Source of the DNA: Paraspadella gotoi
Taxonomy: Eukaryota > Animalia > Chaetognatha
Assembly: GCA_051294375.1 (NCBI GenBank)
Contig: CM119270.1
Coordinates: forward strand, 20,005,160 to 20,069,159
DNA length: 64,000 nucleotides
Direction: 5' to 3'
In this document: piece after piece, positions 1 through 11,298 of the stretch
Numbering within the stretch: position 1 is the first letter of the stretch
Layout: the number at the start of each line of letters is the position of its first letter
Made by a program: the position numbers and the translations under genes
Notes under the pieces: model-generated
Told to the model about the DNA's origin: nothing
Seen by the model: the letters and a program-made list of their open reading frames with translations, nothing else
Databases searched by the model: none

Positions 1-279
1 TATGTATACAAACGAATTAACAGTGGAACCAAAAACAAAAAAAACGAACCAACAAACTAATTTGTTAATAAATGGATGAATGAAGGAATGAACGACTGAA
101 TGAGTAGAGGAATGAATGAAGGAATGAACGACTGAATGAGTAGAGGAATTAACGAAGGAATGAATGACTGAATGAGTAGAGATATGAACGAAGGAATGAG
201 CAAAAAGTAAACAATGAACCTACCAACTAGTCGCCAAAAAAGAGAATGAATGAACAAATTAAATAAAAAACCCCCAACC

Positions 280-401
<122 letters not shown>

Positions 402-456
402 ATCTCTCTCTGTCTCTTTATCTTCCCCTTCCCCCCCTCCTCCCCTTTGAAAAAAG

Positions 457-1588
457 GCGGAGACAGACAATCTTCAACTTCAACTCCAACTGAGTCCCGA
501 CGTCAGATCTCAGTATCAAGTCGAAGCCAAACTCAGAGAGGAAGGACGCCCGAAGCCTAAGACGCCGAAAAAGTCGCGCCGATCTCGACCGGCGCCGTTC
601 GAAGACGACGACGACGACGACGACTACGACGCCGGTTCGAGGAGAGGAAGAAGGAGGGAATCAGACGTTGAGGACTTTGCACCGAGGAGGAGAGGGTCCA
701 GGTGAAGTGTGGGAGGACGGTGGAGGAAGTGTGGGTGTGTATGGGGAAGTGTGGATGCCTCACTGTGGGAGATATGGTAAATGTGGGGTGGTAAGATCGC
801 TATGCGTGGTTTTGGTGAGGGAGAGAGTGGAGATTTGCATCCGTATATATATCTGTGTGTCTGTCTGACTGACCTTTGATCAATTGACGGTGTCTGCGTC
901 TCTCTGTCCCTCCGGCATGATGATCTATGATCTCTATCTGGCTCTGTCTGTCCGTCTGTCAGTTTGTCGGTCCTCTCTCCCTTCCCTTCTCATCGCTCTC
1001 AACACATACTCCCCTCCCGCCCCCCCCGTCGCCAGACAATCCAACTAACGACGACGACGACTTCGCCACGCGTCGCGGGCGCCGCCACTCGGGCGCCTCC
1101 GACGCTTCCGATGATTTCAGCAGAGGGCGCGCCGGGGGCGCCGGCCGGAAGTTCTCCGGCGTCGCCGATTACGACGAAGATTACGGTGCCTCTTTTCGGC
1201 GAAGGACGAGCGATTACAGGCGAGAGAGGGCGTTGTTGTTGCTGTTGCTGTTGATGATGTTGTTGTTGTCTTCGTTGTTGTTTTTTTAATTTTTGACGTT
1301 ATTGTTGTTGTTATTTTTGTTATTCTTGTTTTACTTAGTGTTTTTGTCATTGTTTTTGTTATTATTTTTTTATTATTGTTGTTATTGTTTTTGTTTTTGT
1401 TATTGTTTTTGTTATTGTTTTTGTTATTGTTTTGGTTATTCTTGTTATTATTGTTTTGGTTAATATTTTTATTTTCATCTTTCAATATTTAGGGAAAGTA
1501 GCATCACGACGTCTTCGTCCAGGAGGAGGACAGAGAGAGAGATGAGCGTTCAGAGCGCCAGAGCGGCGAGGCAGCGAAACTACGAATG
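457..1588 (+). CDS. 3' exons of an unidentified gene encoding an Arg/Asp/Ser-rich low-complexity C-terminus; 5' part lies outside the window
   Basis: Three GC-rich blocks with acceptors join in phase 2: ~457-701 (..[38 protein letters not shown]), ~1037-1219 (..[22 protein letters not shown]; needs one 1-nt indel) and 1492-1588 ([32 protein letters not shown]). The second donor is GC. No family recognised. Confidence 0.55.
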
Positions 1589-3693
1589 AAAAACAAAAGG
1601 GAATTGGACCGAGAAAAATAAAAAGCATCGGAAATGAAAAATATTTAATTAAATACATTAACAAACAAAAAAAAAAAAAACTAAAACAACAAACGAAAGA
1701 AAAACTTATTTGTAAAAAAATCAAACAACAAAATAAATGAGAAACTCAACTTTATTTTTTAATATTTTTTTTTAAAAATCGTCGTATAATTTGGCGTCAA
1801 AAAAAAAAAAAAAAAAAAAACGAAAAGGAACTTAATACTTATTTTCTAAAAATCTTATGCGACATTTCATCCGCTTTACGTTTCTCAGTTATCAATTATC
1901 AAACGAATATAACATCAACAATAAACAACTATATGAAATGAAAACCGTTGACCTGAGATTTTTTGAAGGAATAAAATTAGATTTGTGGAAATGACACTTA
2001 AAGACACTTTCTTCTCTTTTTTTCTTTCTTCTCTTTTTTTCTTTCTTCTCTTTTTTCTTTCTTTTCTCTTTTTCTTTCTTTTCTCTTTTTTTTATTCCTT
2101 TTCTTTTTTTTTCTCTCTTCTCTTTCCTCTTTTTTTTCTCCACTTTCCTCCTTTTCATTTTTATATCTTATCTTTCGGCTTTTCTTTTTCTCCTTTTCTT
2201 TTTTTTCTCTCTTCTCTTTCCTCTTTTCTTTTCTTCTTTTTCTTCCGAAAATCTTGTTTTTCCTCAAATTTGGTTTTCAACGAGTTTTTTTTAAATCTTC
2301 ATTTAACAAAGGAATCCTCCATTTTTTTCCTAAATTTTGTTTGCGCAATTTGAATTCCCCAATTGTGGAAAAAAAATTTTTACACCGCTTTTAATAATGC
2401 ATGCGCTTTTTTGGCATGGAGTGATATCGAAATATTTAATTTTTTATCTCTAAACCGCTTTATTTTTTATTTTTTTCCTCCTTTAACGTTAACTTTACAA
2501 CGTAAACAGGGTAGCGTTTAATTCTATTCGCTTTTTAATGTTTATTTTGAAATTCCTCTTTTTTTTTCCCACAGACGGAAGGATTTGCTTCCAACGCGAA
2601 CCGAAAATAAAAATAAAAAATTCATGTAAAAAACGTGAAAGAAACTTTAAATCTAAAAAAAAAAAACAAAACAAAAAAACGAAAAGTTGAAAAAGAAAAA
2701 AAAAATTAAAAATCTGAAAAATCAACGAAGTGAAAACAATTTTTTTTCGTCTAAAAAAAACGAAGCAGGAAAAACATGAAGGGTGAAACTGACGTTGCTT
2801 GCAGGTGGAGGAAAAAGAAGGGGGGAGCTTGGAACCGCTTGCAAGCTGCTTGGCAAGAGAAAATGATTTACTTTTTGCAGCTTGTTTGAAGAGTAGTAAA
2901 TAAATAAGAAATATATGAAATCTTGATGGGAAAAGATTGAAGAATATAAAATGAAAAGTAGAAAAACTTTGGAATTACAAAAAAAATAATAACTGGTTAA
3001 TGGAAAACAAAATTACATAAAATATATTGTTTTATAATAGAATTATACACTATGTATGATGTAAAAATATTTAAATAATACAAAAGCGAGGGTTGGGTGT
3101 CTGGGTGTCTGGGTCAAAAGTAGGATTAAAGAAAAGTTAAGAGTAGGAAGTATTTAGGTAAAAATAAGGGTAAGATGAGAAGTGAGTGAAGGTACCAAAA
3201 CAGACCTTGATCAATATTTTTTCTTTCGTCGTCATTATCGTCATCATCTTCGTCATCATCGTCGTCGTCGTCGCCATCGTCTTCAACATCGAGGTTTGTT
3301 TGTTGCCAAATAAAAAAAATAAGGTGCACTGACCGCAAACGCAAACGTGAGTAGCGTGCAATTCGCACGCAGACGAGAGTTCGAAAATATATGAAGCTTA
3401 AAGAGACTATGAGAAAAAAGTCAATGTTGTGTCGTTGGCCTCAGTAGAAAGATAATATCGAAAACCATGAATGAATAAATATTAAAATAAGAAAATAAAT
3501 AAATAAATAAAAAAACAATATATATAAATAAATATAAATAAAAAATTAGTAAATTAAATAGATGGCACCCTTTTGCGAAAGAGCCCCGTTTCTGTTCCTA
3601 ATCCTTATTTTTAATTTTAAGATTTAGCCTTTATCCATAACCAAATGTTTTATTTAATCCCTAACTATAACCTATTATCTATATATATATATA

Positions 3694-4068
3694 TGTGGCA
3701 CGGCCGGATTCACCACAACGTGAGACGTGACGTGATTAACTTGTGACACAGTTCTAATGTCCACTTGTTGGCAGCAGGGAAGGTGAGTCACGTGACTAAA
3801 CTGATTGATTGATTGGTTTAAGTCTTCCAAATGTATTTATTTACATTGTAGAGATAAAAGCAAGAAGTGTTCAATGTTGTAATAAACATTTATTATCAGG
3901 TGAGACAAAACAAGGTAATATCCAGTTTATCAATCAAAAGCTGAAATCAGTCTGAAATCTTCAGTTAAGATTTGAATTAAAGAAAAGGGTTACCGAACAA
4001 AAGGGAACAATCGGGGCGACCTCTTGAGGGCAATGATTGAGAACAAAGGTTTCTTCTAGTGGGCCACA
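3694..4068 (-). repeat. 3' LTR
   Basis: Direct repeat of 7459-7832 with TG..CA ends and a 6-bp terminal inverted repeat. Confidence 0.95.
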
Positions 4069-4080
4069 TGCCCCCTTGTT
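4069..4080 (-). other. polypurine tract (AACAAGGGGGCA) abutting the 3' LTR
   Basis: Purine-rich run immediately 5' of the 3' LTR on the minus strand. Confidence 0.7.
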
Positions 4081-4423
4081 GATATATAGATAATTATTGT
4101 ATATCAATACTATTTATTGTCGTCCACCGAGAATGAATCTAAATTATGAATCTGATATATACAAAATGTACATATAAATATGTATGTAAAGTTAAAAATA
4201 AAATAGTACAAAGCGAAATGAAATTCGAAAATTTCTAAAAACAAAACGAAATGAAATTCAAAATTTCTTAAAAACATTTAAAAAAAAAAAATACTAAGAA
4301 ACATAACACCGTATGTTACCGAGACGTTATCAGTTGTTGTTGTTGTTGTCAATTTCTTGTTGACGTAATACCTCTTTTAATACTGCCGCGTAAGTTGGGC
4401 GGTTATTATTGTTACTTGATTGT

Positions 4424-7010
4424 TTATTCGGTGTTGGTTTCGAACTTTTTTCGCAGTTGGCTCAGTTTTCTTCGTTTTTGTTTTTTCGTTGTTGTTTGTT
4501 GTTCTTTGTGTTCGAAATCTGAGTTGTCTCGCGTGGAAGCTGCGGAGAAAAAGGAAGGTACGGCAAAAAGTGTAAAGACGTTGTTGGGGTAGAGGGGAGG
4601 GGGTTGGGGTTCAGGAGGAGAGATGGGGAAGGGGGAGTGAGGAGGAGGGGGAGGAGGAGGAAGAGGAGGAGGAGGAAGAGATTGCGCGGCGCGTCGAGTT
4701 GCAGATCGCGTTACTCGCGTTGTTGGTGCCGGATTGCGATTACGCGACGACGGTGGACGGCCGGGTCGGCGACGTGTGTGGTGATGAGGTATTTCGTCGA
4801 CCTCCTCAATTTCCTCGCTGATTCTCGCCGGTTTGACTCGTGCAATATTAACCGTTTCTCTTCCGATACTTGGAATTTCAACCGTCATGTTGAGTCCATT
4901 TCGGCTGATAACGCGAAATGGGCCTTCGTAGGGTGGGACGAAGGCGGATTCACTCCCGCTTTTCTGATGAAGACGTGTTTGGCATTCTCGAGGTCAGTAG
5001 GGATGTGAATGGTTGGTTGCTGGTGAGCTGAAGTGGTGTCGGTTGTAGTCTCGCCACTTCGACTCAAGTTTTGCAAGTTGCCTCTTTCGTTGTTGCTGCA
5101 GTGCCTCATCATCGTGCTGCGGATCATCGAGGATGCACCCGGGGATGGTGATCCCTTCGCCGAATACAAGATCGGCTGCTGAGGCGCCTAAATCCTCTTT
5201 TATGGTTGTCCGGATGGCGAGTAGAGTGAGAGGCAGCTTCCAATACCATTTATCGCGTTCGTGGTGGCCGAGGGCGATGAGTGACTCTTTAAGTCGACGA
5301 TGAAAGCGTTCGACCAGGCCATTCGCCTGCGGGTGGTAGGCTGTCGTTGTTTGACATTTGACTCCCCATTGTTGAGTCAGTTGGCGCCACAATGCTGACG
5401 TAAATTGCGCCCCTCTGTCTGTGGTTATCACAGACGGCGTGCCAAACACACTGATCCATTGATGGCTAAGGGCGTCAAGGATGGTGGAGGTCAGAGTGTC
5501 GACGATGGGGATTCGGGGCCATCTTGAAAAGCGATCGACTATTGTTAATAGATAGGTGTAGCCGTTAGACTTCGGCATTTTCACCAAATCTAAATTTACG
5601 TGTTGGAATCGTCTTGGTGGCACTTTGAAGTCTCCGATTTGTGGCACTGTGTGGCGGGCTACCCTTTGCGCGTTGACAGTCCAAGCATTCTCTTGCCCAG
5701 CGCGTGACGTCCTGCCGCATATTTGTCCAAACAAATTTGGCGGCGACGGTCTTTTCGAGTGGCCTCGACTCCGGGATGTCCGAGGCCGTGTATAACGTCA
5801 AAGACTCGTCGACGCCATGACGCGGGCACGAAAGGCCTCGCTGGGCCTTTGAAACGTCGGCCAGAAGCTGATGGTCGCCGACTTGGATTCGCCTGAATGA
5901 GAGGCCGGATCTCGCGTCTTCTGAGATTTTCTGGTAATCCGGATCTAAGATTTGCTCTTGTGCCATTCGTTCAAAATCGATCTCGAAGTTTGTGAGTGAC
6001 GCTATTAGTGCTTGTGCGTCTTCTAATCGATTCGGCTTCACCGCTTTTTCCGTTGACTTTGTTTGTGGAGCCGTTAGAGCTGTTGACGACGTTTCCAAGG
6101 GTGCCGAAAGTGTCGATGATGCTGATGCGGCTGTCGAGGACTGCGATGACGTCGATGGTGCTGTTGTTGACATCGATGGCGCTATCGAGACTGCTGTTGA
6201 CGCTGACGGTTTCGTCGGAGCTGGAGTAGCGTTTGGCCGCGATAGGGCATCTGCCACTACGTTTGCCTTGCCCTTTAAATATCTGATGTCCGTCGTAAAC
6301 TCTGCAATGACTGAGAGTTGGTAGGATTGACGGACGGTGTTGGGTTCGGCCTTCTTTTTTATCGCGGCGACTAGGCTCTGATGATCCGTATAGAGCGTGA
6401 ATGCTCGTCCTTCGACCCAGTGCCTAAAGTGTCGAACTGCTCGAAATGCCCCGAACAGCTCCTTGTCAAAAGGTGGCCATAACTTTTGATTTTTGGCGAG
6501 CTTGGTCGAAAAAAATGCCAGAGGCTCCCATCCTTTTGGTCCACGCTGTTCGAGCACTGCTCCGACTGCTTGATCTGAGGCATCTGTCGTGATACAGAGT
6601 TTCGCTCCTGTCCTTGGTGGTGTAGCAGAGCCGCCTGGATCAGGCCCTCTTTGATGGCTTCAAAGGCGTGCTCGCAATCGTCCGTCCAGTTGAGCGTTTT
6701 CGGCTTTCCACTGAGCGGCTTCGTACAGCGGTGCACAACGATGTGCTACTCTCGGTATAAACCGCCGATAATAGTTTATCATTCCGAGAAAACGTTGTAG
6801 CTCCTTGATCGTTGTAGGGCGTGTCGTTTCTTGCAATGTTTGCACCCGCTCTGGAAGAGGTCTGACGCCGTTTTTGTCGACCAAGAATCCGAGAAATTCC
6901 AGCGATTCTTGGCCGAGCAAGCACTTCTTGGTATTAACTACCAGGCCATTCGCGTCGAGAGCCTTGAACACGTTTTCGAGGTCCTGGAGATGTTCTTCCG
7001 GTGATGTCGA
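4424..7010 (-). pseudogene. pol: truncated pol: RT C-terminal part, RNase H, integrase (HHCC, DDE core, GPY/F-like tail)
   Basis: SPEEHLQDLENVFKAL..KKCLLGQESLEFLG..ELQRFLGMINYYRRFIP (RT); PLAFFS..DKELFGAFRAVRHFRHWVEGRAFTLYTDH..GKANVVADALSR (RNase H); ARECLDCQRAK, HVNLDLV..LLTIVDRFSRWP..ITTDRGAQF..YHPQANGLVERFHR (IN); HVFIR..ETVNIARVKPA. Several frameshifts; protease and RT YxDD are absent. Confidence 0.9.
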
Positions 7011-7443
7011 GCGAGATCTCGCTCCGCGGCCGAATCCGATGCCTCTGGGGATCTGAAGACCTGTTGAGGCTTCCTGTTGCTCCTCGGGGTTTTCGCTGGG
7101 CCGAGCGGAGGCGCGAGCGAAAGTCCGAGTTGCTCATGGAATCGTTCGTCGACGCTTCTTGTCTTGAGTCGTTCGTCGATGGCGTCGAGAGCTCCTTCTG
7201 TGGGTGCCTGTTCTTCTTCGAATCGCTCGTCGGCGGCGTCTTGGTCTCGAGTCGTTTGTCAATGGCAGGACGACCTCGAGTCGGTCGTCGACGGCGTCGT
7301 GGACTCCGTATGTGAAGGTAAGTAAGAGAGGAGGGTGTGAGCAAAATTGGGCAATTTGCTTAACCCGAAATTCTCGCCCAATCTTACCTCGGAGAAGATC
7401 CTGTTGAGCTTTGTCTTCTTCTAGAAGGTTGGCTTCGTTCAGA

Positions 7444-7456
7444 GTTGGGTTCACCA
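7444..7456 (-). other. primer-binding site TGGTGAACCCAAC, tRNA-Trp-like
   Basis: Starts with TGG 2 nt after the 5' LTR. Resembles the tRNA-Trp PBS (TGGTGACCCCGAC) of CsRn1-clade elements, with mismatches. Confidence 0.65.
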
Positions 7457-7458
7457 TG

Positions 7459-7832
7459 TGTGGCACGGCCGGATTCACCACAACGTGAGACGTGACGTGA
7501 TTTAACTGTGACACAGTTCTAATGTCCACTTGTTGGCAGCAGGGAAGGTGAGTCACGTGACTAACTGATTGATTGATTGGTTTAAGTCTTCCAAATGTAT
7601 TTATTTACATTGTAGAGATAAAAGCAAGAAGTGTTCAATGTTTTAATAAACATTTATTATCAGGTGAGACAAAACAAGGTAATATCCAGTTTATCAATCA
7701 AAAGCTGAAATCAGTCTGAAATCTTCAGTTAAGATTTGAATTAAGAAAAGGGTTACCGAACAAAAGGGAACAATCGGGGCGACCTCTTGAGGGGCAATGA
7801 TTGAGAACAAAGGTTTCTTCTAGGTGGCCACA
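7459..7832 (-). repeat. 5' LTR
   Basis: Direct repeat of 3694-4068, differing by a handful of mostly 1-nt indels. Confidence 0.95.
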
Positions 7833-8242
7833 TATATATATATATATATATCTAATCTATCCCTACCTAATCTTTTTCCCTTATTCTAAACCTAACCTAA
7901 CTTAAGATTAATTTAAGTTTTAAATTTAAGCTGAAATAAAGCGCTTTTGGAAAATATGGCCTGCGGAAGAATAAGAGAAAAAATGGCGGAGAGAGGATTA
8001 TAGATTCTTGGGGGGGGAAGTGAGAGGAGGGGGAAGCGGAGGAGGAGAGAGGAAATGACAGATTTGGGGGGGTGGAAGGAAAAGCAATTGAGAGAATCGC
8101 AATGGAAAATCTCTTCTCCTGATGAAAGATAATATGGAGAGGAAGAGGAAGAGGAGGAGTAGGAGATCACGTGATCAACTATTTAGACAGTAAGGATTTC
8201 ATGGGACGTCACCTTAATCCTAAGTATAATTGTAAACGATGA

Positions 8243-8333
8243 AGTATAACCTGGGTAGTATAATCTGAGTAGTATAATCTGAGTAGTATAACCTAAGTAT
8301 AACCTGAATATAACCTTAGTAGTATAACCTGAG
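8243..8333. repeat. short minisatellite, (AGTATAAYCTG..)n with 11-14 nt units
   Basis: Repeated agtataacctg/agtataatctg motif. Confidence 0.7.
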
Positions 8334-9004
8334 CCTTTAAACTAAGTTGGAGAGACGGACAGAAAAGAAACAAAAAATTAGAGTTAAGAAAAACGTTAAG
8401 TAAAAAGGAGAAATGAAGAAAAAAGAAGAAAATGAAAAAAAAAAGAAAAAAAAGAAAAAAAAAGAGAACGGAAAAAGGAAAATGAGAGGAAAGGAGAGAA
8501 GAAAGAAAAGAGACTCGCACTGACGTGAGAGAGAGAGAGAGAGAGAGAAGAAAGAGAGAGAGAGAGTAAGAAGGAGTGAGAGAGAGAGAGAAGAAAAGAA
8601 GAAAGAAAAGAGACTAACGAGCGAGCGTGAGGAGACAATGACGAAGATGAATTGCGCAAAAGGAGAACTGGAAAAAGGAGGAAAGGAAAGAAATGCCACT
8701 CTCGACGTTTAAAGAAAGAGAGAAGAGAGAAGAGAGATAGAGAGAGAAGAAGAGAGAGAGGAGAGAGAGAGAGAGAGAGGAGAAGAGAGAGAGAGAGAGG
8801 GAGAGAGAATATCAATGATTGGAGTGAGACAGAAAGGAGGAAAGGAAAGATGGAGATCATAAACTATAAAATGGAAAAGTAATGAGAAAATAATGAGGTT
8901 TGAAAAAAAGGGAGTCTCGTAAGAGAAAAATAAATGGGGAGAAAAAGAGGAAAATGAGCAGAGATTGAAAATACATCGATTAATGGAAACGATTTGTTGG
9001 ACAT

Positions 9005-9068
<64 letters not shown>

Positions 9069-9226
9069 GAGAAGAGAAGATGAATTAATTTGAAATTGAT
9101 TGTAATGCTCATAGTGTGACAATTACTAAACACATTATCAATAAAAATCGTTACAGAGCCGCACATGTATATTAATATACGCAATAGATGACAAATATTG
9201 GGATAAAATTATCATGAAATTCACTT

Positions 9227-9271
<45 letters not shown>

Positions 9272-9796
9272 GAGAAGAGAGAGAGAGAGAGCAAGGACAA
9301 AATAATGAAAAAAAGATTGATTATTCCGTTGCTAGGTGACGACGCTGCCACAACGGTTTTCGCGATTAAACCAAGTGGAGATTAACTACGGATTAATCAA
9401 AGACGAAATGAATTACTGTGGAGAGGAAAGAGACTAGAAATGTGGCAGTAGATGAATGGAAAGAAAGGATAAAGAATGAATGAAATTGAAAAGGTTTTGT
9501 AAATAAGAAATGTAAAGAATCAAATCATTTAAAACCATAATAGTAGAACAAAAAAATAAAATAGATGAAAAAATACAAAACAAAATAATAAATAAAAAGA
9601 AAAAAAAACAAAAAGAATTATTGCAGCAAAAAACGTCAATAAAATGCAGCTACAANNNNNNNNNNNNNNNNNNNNNNNNNGAGGGAATTTATGGCTCAGT
9701 CGAGCATTTTCTGTTTAGGAAAAAAAGAAGTAAAAAAAAACAAAACAAATGACATCCTTTTAATTCTGTCGTCACTGGGCTCTCTCTTCTCTCTCT

Positions 9797-9834
<38 letters not shown>

Positions 9835-11298
9835 TCTCTCTTCTCTCTTTCTCTCTCTCCCCTCTTCTCCTCTCTCTCTCTCATCCCTTCTTTCCTCATT
9901 CTCGCTTTCGTGTTTTGATGATTCAATTAAATGGGAAATCTACTCCTTCTTCCTCCCGTTTCCTTCCTTCTTGCCATCCTTTCTCCTTTTTTCTGTGTTC
10001 TTTTTTTTGATGTTCTCTTAATTTCTCCTTTCCTCTCTTTCCCTTCTCTCGTCTCTCTTGCTTGTTCCTTTTCGCTCGTGTCCTTTTTATCTCTCCTCCT
10101 TATTTTTTACGGCTTGACGTCTCTTTTCATAATCTCTCTTCCCTTGCCTCCTCACTCCCTCGTTCACAAGATGCTTTCGACCTCTCCTCGCCTTAGCCCA
10201 GCCCGCTAGCGACCCCAGTCTCCCCCTCCCCCCCTCCCCCTTGTCTTTCACCACCTCTGCACAATTCACCGATTGATTTTCATTAGGGCATCCCTGTTTT
10301 TTTTTGGCGAGCAAGTTTCTCACTTGTCCGACGTCGAGTGAACGCAATTTTCTCGCGTGAACGTCGACTGTGGCTCGTGGGTGAGGCGTGGCAATGGCGT
10401 GGCGTGGCTGTAGCTTGGCGGATTGGCGTGGTGTTCGTGGCCATATGGCTTGGCTGTGGACGTGGCCGTTTTGCGTGCTGGTAAAATAGTAATAAATGAT
10501 ATAAATATCGATTGATGATGATGATGATTGTATGTATGATGATCATGATGCATGATGATGATGATGATGCATGGACGATGACGATGATGATGATGATGAT
10601 TTGAAATCTTAAAAGAGTGTTAAACGTCCAGTTATATTTAAATCAAATCAAATTAAAATAACTTTTAAACTCTTTCTGCTTCACTCAACGAATTCAATCC
10701 AAACTCAACTCGACCAAAAAGATTCTGATCTCGATTGAACCCAATTTCATTTCTAAAAAAGAAAAGGAGAAAAAGAAGGGAAAAAAGGAAAGGGGAAAAG
10801 AAAGAAGAAAGAAAAAGAAAGGGAAAAAAAAGGGAAAGAAATAAAAAGGAAAAAAAGGAGCGTTGGCCTTTGGAACTCGACCTCAGTAAATCGATGGGGA
10901 CGAAAAACAAAAAAAAATGCGAAATTTGAGTAAAATAAAAGGAAAAAGTTAAAAAAAAGGAAAAAGGATTAATAAGGAAAAAAATATAAAAAGGATTCAG
11001 GCAAAGAAATGGCGTATCTAATAAGTTTTAAAAGTATATGTTTTTTAAAATGTCAGGTTGAAAACATCTTTTTATTGTTGGAAGACTTCATAAAAAAATG
11101 AAAAATTTCAGAAGGAGCCGTCATAAGTCCGATGAAAACTCAAAATCCACTCAAGGATTATAAAAAAAACGTGCGAAAAAAAAACTTAAACCTCCTCAAA
11201 TAACTAACCAACTCACTAAAGGACGAGGTGCTATAAGTAAGCGTGCGCTATAACTCAATTTTCTCAAGGACGAGGTGCCGTAGGAAAAGGGTGCGCGG

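Larger units (their letters stand above)
3694..7832 (-). mobile_element. Ty3/Gypsy LTR retrotransposon, CsRn1-like, internally deleted (non-autonomous)
   Basis: Two near-identical ~375 bp LTRs with TGTGGC..GCCACA termini. A PBS follows the 5' LTR and a PPT precedes the 3' LTR. RT-RNaseH-IN domain order on the minus strand. Flanked on both sides by (TA)n. Confidence 0.93.

Noticed and set aside
4395-7407. Plus-strand ORFs within the retrotransposon
   Set aside because: Antisense shadows of the minus-strand pol and GC-rich internal sequence.
7864-7902. CCTAA repeats suggesting arthropod-type telomere sequence
   Set aside because: Only two to three copies; too short to call a telomere or infer taxonomy.
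9330-10380. Exon-like islands near 9335-9420 and 10290-10380
   Set aside because: Possibly UTR exons, but there is no recognisable protein or consistent splice partner, and an N gap intervenes.
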